This document shows, in pieces, positions 17,906 to 24,645 of a stretch of 50,496 nt of DNA. Where the stretch lies: IMG/VR virus record IMGVR_UViG_3300034069_000710, positions 1 to 50,496 of that record; one strand, given 5' to 3'. This DNA is from a virus. The notes beneath the pieces were generated by a model, which ran no database searches, was not told the DNA's origin, and saw only the letters and a list, made by a program, of their open reading frames with translations. A program made the translations under genes and the position numbers. Position 1 is the stretch's first letter, and every line of letters begins with the position of its first letter.

Positions 17906-18106
17906 ATGCAGACGCCCCGCTTTAACGCCCTCCGCGACCTTGCCACCGAAAAGGGGTTTTTCGTCGAGCACAAAGCGACCCGCCGCGTTCGCGGTTGGCC
18001 CGAAGCGTCAGCTAAGCCCTACCAGTTGAGCCGCGACGGAAAGCACCGCGCGTCATTCGCTACCATCGCCTCGTGCATGGCATACCTCGAGCGGCAGGGC
18101 GCGTAA
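17906..18106 (+). CDS. Hypothetical protein (66 aa)
   Basis: ATG within track ORF 17888..18106, downstream of the promoter-like motif. Confidence 0.55.
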   Translation: MQTPRFNALRDLATEKGFFVEHKATRRVRGWPEASAKPYQLSRDGKHRASFATIASCMAYLERQGA

Positions 18107-18678
18107 TGCCCCTTGGCCGCGGATGGTATGTACGAGCGCAGCGGATCGCCTGGCCGCATAGCCATATGCTCGCCTCGGGTCCATTCGACGACCATGCTAC
18201 CGCGATGCTCGAGCGCCAGCGAATTGCGCCACTCTATCCCGAGGCCAATCTAACCGTCGTGCTCGAAGTGGCTAAGAGCCTGCTCGAGCGCACCCCACGG
18301 AGCCCCGCGCCCATGTTCGATCTATCCAAGGTTGCCGAGCGACGATTTGCCGCCAAGGCCCTCGCCACGTTTGCCCGTGACCGCGGCGCGACGGCCGTAA
18401 TCGAGGATTGGGACGGCGAACCGGACGTGGATATCACGTTGCCGAGCCTGCGCGCGACTATCGGGCTGCAGTGGCACAAGGCCGCCCCCATGCCGATTAT
18501 CTCATGGCACCGCGCCGCGCGGCCGCTCGTCGGACATTTGCCCGGCGCCTGGCAGCAGGAGGGCAGCTTTCGCAACGGCAAGGCGACCAGCCTCCCCGAG
18601 ACGTGGCCGGCCCTGTTCGATGCGCTTGAGATTGGCATTTGCGCCGCGGTCGACGGCAACGCATTCGAGAAGGATTGA
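18106..18678 (+). CDS. Hypothetical protein (190 aa)
   Basis: TAATG coupling at 18106. Confidence 0.6.
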   Translation: MPLGRGWYVRAQRIAWPHSHMLASGPFDDHATAMLERQRIAPLYPEANLTVVLEVAKSLLERTPRSPAPMFDLSKVAERRFAAKALATFARDRGATAVIEDWDGEPDVDITLPSLRATIGLQWHKAAPMPIISWHRAARPLVGHLPGAWQQEGSFRNGKATSLPETWPALFDALEIGICAAVDGNAFEKD

Positions 18679-18681
18679 GCT

Positions 18682-19059
18682 ATGCTTGTGGAAACATGCC
18701 CGTCGTACTCAATTACGATATTCGTTGCCGGCGATCCCGACGAGGCACGCGCGGCCTGTGCTGCGTTCTGCGACCACGTGGGCTTCTGCGTGACCGTGAC
18801 GCCGACACACTATGCCTATACGAACGGCGGCGAGGATGGCGTGGCGGTTGGCCTCATCAATTACCCCCGGTTCCCGCTCGACCCCGAGGATTTGCTGCAG
18901 GCGGCCGAGTCGCTGGCGTGGCACCTTGTGGGCGTGCTCGAGCAGCGCTCGTGCGCTATACAGACGCCGACGGAAACGTACCGATACCACGATTTTTTCG
19001 GGCTCGAGGGTATCGGCAACTTTTACGCTAGCAAATGGCAACACGGGAAACGAGTATGA
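18682..19059 (+). CDS. Hypothetical protein (125 aa), translationally coupled to the PAPS-reductase-like gene
   Basis: ATG at 18682. Its stop overlaps ATG 19056 (ATGA). Confidence 0.6.
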   Translation: MLVETCPSYSITIFVAGDPDEARAACAAFCDHVGFCVTVTPTHYAYTNGGEDGVAVGLINYPRFPLDPEDLLQAAESLAWHLVGVLEQRSCAIQTPTETYRYHDFFGLEGIGNFYASKWQHGKRV

Positions 19060-19832
19060 CGCATCAACTAATCGAGCGCGACGCCGACGGGGTGGCGCAT
19101 GTTGTCGGAATGTCGGGAGGTCACGACTCGTCGATTATGTCGGTCGAGTTGCTTGCCCGTACCAATATTCGACCGTTTAATTACGTCTGTACTCCGACCG
19201 GTGACGAGTTGCCCGAAATGTTTGCGCATTGGCGCACGATGGGAGAGTTGTTGGGCCGTCGCATCTTGCCGATTATGGCGAAAACCTTGCGGCAGGTAAT
19301 TGACGACGAAGGGACGCTGCCAAATTTCCGCATGCGGTTTTGTACGCGCATTATCAAAATTCTACCCTACCGCGATTTCCTTATCAGACTCGCCGCCGAG
19401 GGTCCGGTGGTTTCTTATATTGGCCTGCGCGCCGACGAGCCGGGCCGCGCTGGCGGCGCGTACGAAGATATTCCCGGGGTGACGATGCGCTTCCCGTTGC
19501 GAGAATGGGGATGGGGCGAGGACGAAGTGCAGGCGGGCCTCGCCGCTCGCGGCATCCGCTGCCCGGTGCGGACGGACTGCGCGCGCTGCTACCACCAGCG
19601 TATTGGCGAATGGTTCCTGCTATGGCTCGATAATCGCGACCTCTACCTAGACGCGGAAGCTGACGAAAAGCGCACCGGGTACACTTTCCGCACGCCAGGA
19701 CGAGACAGTTGGCCGACCGCATTATGCGACCTGCGCGCCGAATTCGAGCGCGGGAAACTGCCGACCGTAAGCCTTAACCGGATGGCGCGAGAGGCCATGC
19801 GCTCGGGATCGTGCCGGGTGTGTTCGCTATGA
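19056..19832 (+). CDS. PAPS reductase / PP-loop ATP-pyrophosphatase family protein
   Basis: PP-loop VGMSGGHDSS (SGGxDS). FCTRIIKILPYRDFL resembles the PAPS_reduct core. Cysteines CPVRTDCARC and a terminal CRVC. Confidence 0.7.
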   Translation: MTHQLIERDADGVAHVVGMSGGHDSSIMSVELLARTNIRPFNYVCTPTGDELPEMFAHWRTMGELLGRRILPIMAKTLRQVIDDEGTLPNFRMRFCTRIIKILPYRDFLIRLAAEGPVVSYIGLRADEPGRAGGAYEDIPGVTMRFPLREWGWGEDEVQAGLAARGIRCPVRTDCARCYHQRIGEWFLLWLDNRDLYLDAEADEKRTGYTFRTPGRDSWPTALCDLRAEFERGKLPTVSLNRMAREAMRSGSCRVCSL

Positions 19833-19996
19833 AACCTTACGCTCCCGACAATAACCGCGGGCGCAATGACGCCGGGCACCGGGTGCACCACCGCACCGCC
19901 GATAATTCGAAAGCTTGCGCCCGTGCTTTTGCCAAGTCGTTGCGGCACGCAGCACGGCAGGAAGCTCGGCGACTGATCGAAAATAACGCCGAATGA
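19829..19996 (+). CDS. Small basic hypothetical protein (55 aa)
   Basis: ATGA coupling at 19829. Confidence 0.45.
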   Translation: MKPYAPDNNRGRNDAGHRVHHRTADNSKACARAFAKSLRHAARQEARRLIENNAE

Positions 19997-20018
19997 CCCG
20001 CCCCGCGGTGCATTTCGT

Positions 20019-20147
20019 ATGGTTCCGCAGCGCATATGGGGGCCGCCCGACTTCGTGCACCACGGATGGGATCGACGCGCCGCACGAGAGATTGCGCCGG
20101 CCGATCGCTCTTACGCGGACCTCCCGGGCGTGAAGCTGCCCGAGTAG
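20019..20147 (+). CDS. Possible small ORF (42 aa)
   Basis: ATG-initiated, high GC3 frame (MVPQRIWGPPDFVHHGWDRR...). No clear RBS. Confidence 0.25.
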   Translation: MVPQRIWGPPDFVHHGWDRRAAREIAPADRSYADLPGVKLPE

Positions 20148-20148
20148 A

Positions 20149-20319
20149 TTAGGCCGCCTGCCGCAAGGCTAAGGCGTGCTCGTATTCCATTCGCTGCCGC
20201 AGATCAGCCCGCCGCTTCTGGTCGGGAAGGCTGCCGCGCGCCTCCCAATGCAGGTGGTCGAGGCGGTCGGCGCAATGCTGGCAATGGTCGCCGTCGAAAT
20301 ATGCGCGCTCTGCGTACAT
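20149..20319 (-). CDS. Small hypothetical protein (56 aa), isolated leftward gene abutting the iteron region
   Basis: ATG 20319 preceded by AGGAAA. The rest of track ORF 20149..20559 is read-through of non-coding repeat DNA. Confidence 0.5.
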   Translation of the reverse strand: MYAERAYFDGDHCQHCADRLDHLHWEARGSLPDQKRRADLRQRMEYEHALALRQAA

Positions 20320-20322
20320 GGA

Positions 20323-20397
20323 AATTTTCCTGAGATTTGCGTAATTTTTAAAATTTAGCCGAAATTTGCTAATTTTGTGTAAATTCGCAGCGAAAAT
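20323..20397. other. AT-rich block of A/T tracts (AAATTTT, AATTTTT, AAAATTT, AAATTT, AATTTT, AAATT, AAAATT) recurring roughly every 10 bp; likely intrinsically bent DNA
   Basis: Seen directly. It stands out in an otherwise GC-rich genome. Confidence 0.6.
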
Positions 20398-20703
20398 TCC
20401 CCCGTACCCAAAAAATCCCCCGTAGTTCCCCCGTATAAACCCCGTAGGTACGGGGGCGTAAAATTTGGCAGTTTTCTGCGGGTTACAGCGGTCCCCCGTA
20501 TCGATTCCCCCGAATTCCCCCGTACCCGTAGTTTTCTCTGCGCCTGCGTGCGTGTGCATGCGCGCGCGTATGTAGCAATGTGCAAAAACACCCCTAGTAC
20601 GGGGGAATTCCTATATTATCGTTATATTTCAAAGGGTTATTATCCCCCATAGGTACGGGGAAATACCGGGGTTTATACGGGGGATTTCGTCGGGTACGGG
20701 GGA
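20398..20703. repeat. Iteron array. TCCCCCGTA (extended AA[A/T]TCCCCCGTA) is direct at 20398, 20416, 20427, 20492 and 20516 (variant at 20506). It is inverted as TACGGGGGA at 20598, 20676 and 20695. Palindromic units CCCC(G/A)TAGGTACGGGG lie at 20440 and 20644.
   Basis: Each copy was read and indexed directly from the sequence. Function (origin, packaging site or operator array) is unknown. Confidence 0.9.
20545..20574. other. 30-nt perfect alternating pyrimidine-purine tract (tgcgtgcgtgtgcatgcgcgcgcgtatgta), Z-DNA-prone, at the centre of the iteron array
   Basis: Checked base by base: 15 consecutive Py-Pu steps. Confidence 0.85.
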
Positions 20704-20727
20704 TTTACGATTTGGGCTTGTCGGGGC

Positions 20728-20743
20728 GTGACTAAAGCGTCAT
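20728..20743 (+). promoter_or_regulatory. Degenerate member of the palindrome family (GTGACTAAAGCGTCAT), 13 nt upstream of the terS ATG
   Basis: Seen directly. The core TGAC-N6-GTCA is conserved but the outer bases differ. Confidence 0.35.
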
Positions 20744-20755
20744 TTACGAGGGGTC

Positions 20756-21607
20756 ATGAACGCTCTTGTCGAACAGCAATCTTCGCAGCAATTGAAGGGT
20801 GCCGCTCGTCCGTTGTGGACCGAGGGGCTTACCGACAAGATGGTGGCGTTCGTCGAGCACTACGTCTCGTACCGCAACGCGACGCAGGCGTACGACTTCG
20901 CTTATGACGCCCGGGAGGGCTCGTACGAGACGCGCAGGCGCAACGGGCACGTCATGCTCCACGACCCCCGCGTGCAAGCCGCTGTGAAGGCCCGCGCAGC
21001 CATCGCCACGCACGAAACGGGAATGGGGGTGGCTTGGCTGCTCGAACGCTTCCTGCGCATCGCTAACGCCGATCCCCGGGAGCTTATCGGGCTCAAGGTC
21101 GGTTGCTGCCGCCGGTGCTACGGCGAGGGCCACGAATTCCAGTGGCGCCAGCATGAATATCTCGAGGAAATGAAAAAGGCCGACCTGGCAAACGAGCAGC
21201 GCAAGGCGCTCGGCTGGAAAGGCGCGATACAGCCCGAGGTGCCTTACCCCGACATTGCCGGCGGGTTCGGCTTCAACGCCACGCTTCCGCCGCTCGAGGA
21301 TTGCCCGCATTGCCACGGCGAGGGTGTCGAGCGGTTCGTGCCCCGCGATACCGACAAGCTATCCGACGACGCCTTGCTGCTCTACGGCGGCGTGAAGGTC
21401 AAAAAGGATGGATACGAAATCATCATCGCCGACCAGTCCAAGGCCGCCGAGCTAGCCGGCCGGATCATGGGCGCGTTTAACGACAAGCTGCAGGTCTCGG
21501 GAACAATCGGGGCCATGGTGGCGGTCGGCGACCTGCGCAAGATCGACCCCAACGAGGCGGCCAAGGCTTACCGGGATATGATCGCTCGTGAGATGCCGGC
21601 GAAATAG
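20756..21607 (+). CDS. terS: Terminase small subunit (Terminase_2-like) with an inserted pair of CxxCxGxG motifs
   Basis: LTDKMVAFVEHYVSYRNATQAY and C-terminal DQSKAAELAGRIMGAFNDK match my memory of Terminase_2. CRRCYGEG and CPHCHGEG lie in between. Confidence 0.75.
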   Translation: MNALVEQQSSQQLKGAARPLWTEGLTDKMVAFVEHYVSYRNATQAYDFAYDAREGSYETRRRNGHVMLHDPRVQAAVKARAAIATHETGMGVAWLLERFLRIANADPRELIGLKVGCCRRCYGEGHEFQWRQHEYLEEMKKADLANEQRKALGWKGAIQPEVPYPDIAGGFGFNATLPPLEDCPHCHGEGVERFVPRDTDKLSDDALLLYGGVKVKKDGYEIIIADQSKAAELAGRIMGAFNDKLQVSGTIGAMVAVGDLRKIDPNEAAKAYRDMIAREMPAK

Positions 21608-21610
21608 GGG

Positions 21611-21626
21611 TTGACCGCCGCGTCAA
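21611..21626 (+). promoter_or_regulatory. TTGACCGCCGCGTCAA motif with TAGGCA 16 nt after TTGACC; putative promoter/operator
   Basis: Seen directly, 4 nt after the terS stop. Confidence 0.6.
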
Positions 21627-21651
21627 TAAGCGTAGGCAGGTTGCTCCACAG

Positions 21652-21771
21652 ATGGAGCTAAAGCCCATGTACCGCATGACCCCCGCCGGCGGACTGCTGA
21701 TCGCGATTGGCGGCGCGCTTTCAATTTGGGGTGCCGTGGCGCTCCTGCTTTTCTTTTGCTGGCGCCCATGA
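21652..21771 (+). CDS. Small single-TM membrane peptide (39 aa)
   Basis: Not in the ORF track because it is under 60 aa. ATG 21652. GGLLIAIGGALSIWGAVALLLFFCW. Its stop overlaps ATG 21768 (ATGA). Confidence 0.45.
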   Translation: MELKPMYRMTPAGGLLIAIGGALSIWGAVALLLFFCWRP

Positions 21772-22103
21772 CCTCGGCGACCATGCGGCTTATCGAGGCC
21801 GTCGAACGGCTGGAAATGACCGGTGTAATCGGCGACGGCAGGGTGGCGCAGCTTCACGACCTGGCCGCCGCGGCGCGGATCGAGGTCACGCCGGACGTGC
21901 CCGACGATTGGGCGGCCATGGGAAAATTCCCGGGCATTCTGCCGCTTATCGAAGTGACCGGCCGCTACACCTGGGCGGAGCGAGTCCTGCGGTATGCCCG
22001 AAACGCGCACGATTGCTCGACGTTCGGCGGCCGGTCACGCATAAGCGACGCGCAGCGGGAATTGAGTAAGGCTCGGGCCGAATACCAAGCGTTGCTCGGG
22101 TGA
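21768..22103 (+). CDS. Hypothetical protein (111 aa)
   Basis: ATGA-coupled start inside track ORF 21726..22103. Confidence 0.55.
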   Translation: MTSATMRLIEAVERLEMTGVIGDGRVAQLHDLAAAARIEVTPDVPDDWAAMGKFPGILPLIEVTGRYTWAERVLRYARNAHDCSTFGGRSRISDAQRELSKARAEYQALLG

Positions 22104-22651
22104 AGCCCGCCCGCACCCCGCGCGAGCGTTCGGGCATGGTGCTTTGCCCCCGTGACCACCTCGGCCGGTTGAAGCCTATGGACGCGCTCGCCCGGTTTGC
22201 TGCCAAATGCGAATTCGACGCGACCACCGGCTGCGTATTGTGGCGGGGCGGCACCACGCAGGGCCGCGGTAACTCGGCGGTCTATGGCAGCTTTTGGGAC
22301 GAAGGGCGGCGGTGGTTCGCGCATCGGTGGGCCGGGGTCAAAATTCACGGGCTCGACCTCACGGCGGCGCAGGCGGGCCATTGCTGCCCCGGTCGGCCGA
22401 ATACCCTATGCGTCCAGCATATCGAACCGCAGACGAACGCCGAGAACCAGGCCGAGCGCAACGCGCGATTGCACCAGACGCCGAGCGAGCGCCAGTATTG
22501 GCTTTTCGTGTCGCTTGGGATCGAGCCGGCGCCCGGGGTGGCCGTGGAGCCCGTCGAGCCCGACTCCCTGCCCTTTTTCACCCCGCCCGATTGGCTGCGG
22601 CCTTTCCTAGTTGACGCCACCGTCAACTCTGCTACGGATGCACCATTCTAG
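22100..22651 (+). CDS. HNH endonuclease
   Basis: TGCVLWRGG...FAHRWAG...GHCCPGRPNTLCVQHIEPQTNAEN fits the phage HNH pattern. GTGA-coupled start at 22100; ATG 22178 is the alternative. Confidence 0.7.
   Translation: MKPARTPRERSGMVLCPRDHLGRLKPMDALARFAAKCEFDATTGCVLWRGGTTQGRGNSAVYGSFWDEGRRWFAHRWAGVKIHGLDLTAAQAGHCCPGRPNTLCVQHIEPQTNAENQAERNARLHQTPSERQYWLFVSLGIEPAPGVAVEPVEPDSLPFFTPPDWLRPFLVDATVNSATDAPF
22611..22626 (+). promoter_or_regulatory. TTGACGCCACCGTCAA motif with TACGGA 16 nt after TTGACG; putative promoter/operator
   Basis: Seen directly inside the 3' end of the HNH gene, followed by TAGGAGG and ATG 22661. Confidence 0.55.
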
Positions 22652-22660
22652 GAGGTTTCG

Positions 22661-22840
22661 ATGCTTCGACTTTTCGCTGCCGCGGTGCTGATCGCCGCTA
22701 CCATCATGCTTTTTCTGTCGGTCGTCTCGGTGCTGTTCTGCGTTTTCGCCGGGCTGTGGTTCGCGGTCGTGTTGTTCCTGGCGATGGGCGCGTTCGCCCT
22801 CGTCGGCACGCGCGCAAGCTGGAAAGCATTTCGGGCATGA
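22661..22840 (+). CDS. Small two-TM membrane protein (59 aa)
   Basis: Not in the track. Strong RBS TAGGAGG 7 nt upstream. Almost entirely hydrophobic sequence. Its stop overlaps the next ATG. Confidence 0.6.
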   Translation: MLRLFAAAVLIAATIMLFLSVVSVLFCVFAGLWFAVVLFLAMGAFALVGTRASWKAFRA

Positions 22841-23049
22841 GCAAGCCCGATCCCGACCGCGCATGGCAGCAGGCGCTCGACGTCCACGCGCATTCGATCA
22901 TCTCCGCGGCGCTCGACCAGCCCGACGCGGCCGGCGTTGTGCTCGGGGATGACCTCGGCGGCCGGCCAACGGTTGAAATTCTCGGCCCTGACGGCGTGTG
23001 GCGCCGCTACTACGTGCGGTTGACGCCTACGGGCACGGTGCTGCCGTGA
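22837..23049 (+). CDS. Hypothetical protein (70 aa)
   Basis: ATGA coupling at 22837 within track ORF 22756..23049. Confidence 0.5.
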   Translation: MSKPDPDRAWQQALDVHAHSIISAALDQPDAAGVVLGDDLGGRPTVEILGPDGVWRRYYVRLTPTGTVLP

Positions 23050-23189
23050 CGCCCCTTACCCGCCCGATTTATGAACGCATCATGCGCCCGATGGTGAGGC
23101 GTGGCGAGGTGTCGATTTGGCACCACCCGTTGCAGCACGCAACGCCCAGCTATCACGTCGATAAACCTATGGCGGGGGTGACGAAATGA
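23046..23189 (+). CDS. Hypothetical protein (47 aa)
   Basis: GTGA coupling at 23046. Confidence 0.4.
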   Translation: MTPLTRPIYERIMRPMVRRGEVSIWHHPLQHATPSYHVDKPMAGVTK

Positions 23190-23374
23190 CCGGCGGCTAT
23201 CTGGCGGCGACTTTTGTATCCGGGCCGTGGAACGGTTCAATACGCTCAATCGAGGCGAGTCGGCTGCATTTTGAGGTCATGGCCTCGCCGCGCGAAAAGC
23301 TCGGAGTGTACCGCAAGGTGCCCGGGATCGTAGATGGTGGCCACACGGCGTTTGCTTGGGAGCCCGCGGAATGA
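23186..23374 (+). CDS. Hypothetical protein (62 aa)
   Basis: ATGA coupling at both ends. Confidence 0.5.
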   Translation: MTGGYLAATFVSGPWNGSIRSIEASRLHFEVMASPREKLGVYRKVPGIVDGGHTAFAWEPAE

Positions 23375-23766
23375 ACCTCGCGCAGCGCTTGGCAAAATGG
23401 GTCGACCGGCTCGGGTCGGACAAATCGCTGCCGTGGGTGGGGCTCGGCCTAATTCGAGATTTGGAGGAAGCGTTGCGATTGCTCAATATGCGCGAATTCG
23501 CGGAATGGCTGCGCGACAAGGGCGACCCCGCGCACGCCCGGTTCGCCGATGAAATCCTAGAGGCGCAGGACGCGTTGCGCGTGGCGGGCTACGGATCGCC
23601 GGTGCTCGCAAAGAATATCGACGCGCTCGACGACGAGAACCGGGAACACGAGCGCCAGGCCCTCGCGCTGCAGGATGTCCGCAAGGTGCTCGTGGAATAC
23701 GGCGCGCTCGCGAGCGACGACCGCGACACACCGCTGCCCGACCTCGTGCGGGCGCTGCTGTCGTGA
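23371..23766 (+). CDS. Hypothetical protein (131 aa, helical)
   Basis: ATGA coupling at 23371. Confidence 0.55.
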   Translation: MNLAQRLAKWVDRLGSDKSLPWVGLGLIRDLEEALRLLNMREFAEWLRDKGDPAHARFADEILEAQDALRVAGYGSPVLAKNIDALDDENREHERQALALQDVRKVLVEYGALASDDRDTPLPDLVRALLS

Positions 23767-23960
23767 GCGCGCGAAGCGAACCCGGCCACGTCAATTCAAA
23801 CGGGACGATAGAGCCTTGCCGAAATTTGATGGGCGGCCTTCACCCACCGATACGAGAAGGTGTCGTTTGGGTGACGCATTCGCAATCCGTGGAGGCCGAG
23901 AAACACGGGTGGCGCCGTAACGGCGTTGAACACGGCGATTTAGTGCAGGTCGAGCGATGA
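23763..23960 (+). CDS. Hypothetical protein (65 aa)
   Basis: GTGA coupling at 23763. Weak support otherwise. Confidence 0.35.
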   Translation: MSARSEPGHVNSNGTIEPCRNLMGGLHPPIREGVVWVTHSQSVEAEKHGWRRNGVEHGDLVQVER

Positions 23961-24133
23961 CTAGCGAAGCGGCCGGTTTCGAATGCCCGAAGTGTTCCGG
24001 CCCTAGTCGGGTGCTCGACTCGCGTGCGGCGGGATACGGGAAGCGCCGCCGGCGCGTTTGCACGCGGTGCGGAACCCGGTTCAGCACGCAAGAGGTCGTC
24101 GCGGTCGATAGCATCGTGGAAAAGTGGCCATGA
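23957..24133 (+). CDS. NrdR-N-terminal-like zinc-ribbon protein (58 aa)
   Basis: Not in the track. CPKC...VLDSR...GKRRRRVCTRCGTRFSTQE mirrors the NrdR zinc-ribbon signature (CPxC...DSR...RRRRxCxxCxxRFTTxE). ATGA coupling at both ends. Confidence 0.6.
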   Translation: MTSEAAGFECPKCSGPSRVLDSRAAGYGKRRRRVCTRCGTRFSTQEVVAVDSIVEKWP

Positions 24134-24276
24134 GCCGCACCCCGTGGGGCCCGTACGAAACTGAGGTGCTAAAGCGCGGGCTGGCCGAGGGGTTGAAAAT
24201 CCGGGGGCTGGCGGTGCTCGTGGGCCGCTCGGTCAAGGCCTGCCAGGCAAAAGCAAAACGAGAGGGTTGGATATGA
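24130..24276 (+). CDS. Myb/SANT- or GcrA-N-terminal-like HTH protein (48 aa)
   Basis: Not in the track. PWGPYETEVLKRGLAEGLKIRGLAVLVGRSVKACQAKAKREGW resembles W-x3-E-x2-L...G...IA..LGRS patterns. Confidence 0.45.
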   Translation: MSRTPWGPYETEVLKRGLAEGLKIRGLAVLVGRSVKACQAKAKREGWI

Positions 24277-24285
24277 CCGGGCCGG

Positions 24286-24642
24286 GTGGGAATTCTCGTG
24301 CGCCTGCACGCGCTCGGCGATTTCTATTCCGTCCCGTACGTCCGGTTCTGGTCGGCGCTGCTGCGTGAATTTCCGCGCCTCGCTGCCTACGGATACACTG
24401 CGTACGATCCGTCGAGCGATATCGGCAAGGCGATAACGGCGGCTAAGCGCGAGCACGGCGCGCGGTTCGCGGTGCGGTGGTCGAATGGCAAGGGAGGCGA
24501 GGATTGCGCTGTGCCGGTGCGGTCGGTTGACGAGGCGGTCAATTCGATTGTATGCCCCGAGCAGACCGGCGCGACCGTGGCGTGCGCAACGTGCGGGCTG
24601 TGTTGGGGAACGCGGCGAAATATCGCCTTTTTGGAGCATTGA
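24286..24642 (+). CDS. Hypothetical protein; resembles only the C-terminal part of GP88-type phage proteins (possible 5'-truncated remnant)
   Basis: VRLHALGDFYSVPYVRFW...YGYT and C-terminal CPEQTG...CATCGLCW recall the family. The N-terminal Cys-rich part I expect is absent. GTG start. Confidence 0.4.
   Translation: MGILVRLHALGDFYSVPYVRFWSALLREFPRLAAYGYTAYDPSSDIGKAITAAKREHGARFAVRWSNGKGGEDCAVPVRSVDEAVNSIVCPEQTGATVACATCGLCWGTRRNIAFLEH
24527..24542 (+). promoter_or_regulatory. TTGACGAGGCGGTCAA motif inside the GP88-like ORF, about 100 nt upstream of ATG 24646
   Basis: Seen directly. Followed by GTATGC/TATGCC at 17-18 nt. Confidence 0.45.
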
Positions 24643-24645
24643 ACT

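Noticed and set aside
20149-20559. 136-aa minus-strand ORF running through the iteron region.
   Set aside because: Only the last 56 codons (ATG 20319 with an AGGAAA RBS) look like a gene. The upstream part merely translates the AT-rich and CCCCCGTA repeat DNA.
20398-20703. Possibility that the repeat cluster is a CRISPR array.
   Set aside because: The repeats are only 9-12 bp, irregularly spaced (10-45 bp) and present in both orientations. There are no cas genes.
23975-23987. tRNA-like T-arm sequence GGTTTCGAATGCC.
   Set aside because: It lies inside the NrdR-like coding frame and has no flanking acceptor or anticodon stems. I could not fold any tRNA cloverleaf in the window.
24274-24276. 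TGA between the 48-aa Myb-like ORF and the GP88-like ORF, which are in the same frame, as a programmed read-through or recoding site.
   Set aside because: Sharing a frame has a one-in-three chance. The two parts belong to unrelated families as far as I can tell, and no read-through context is evident. It is mentioned only as something to check against the raw reads.
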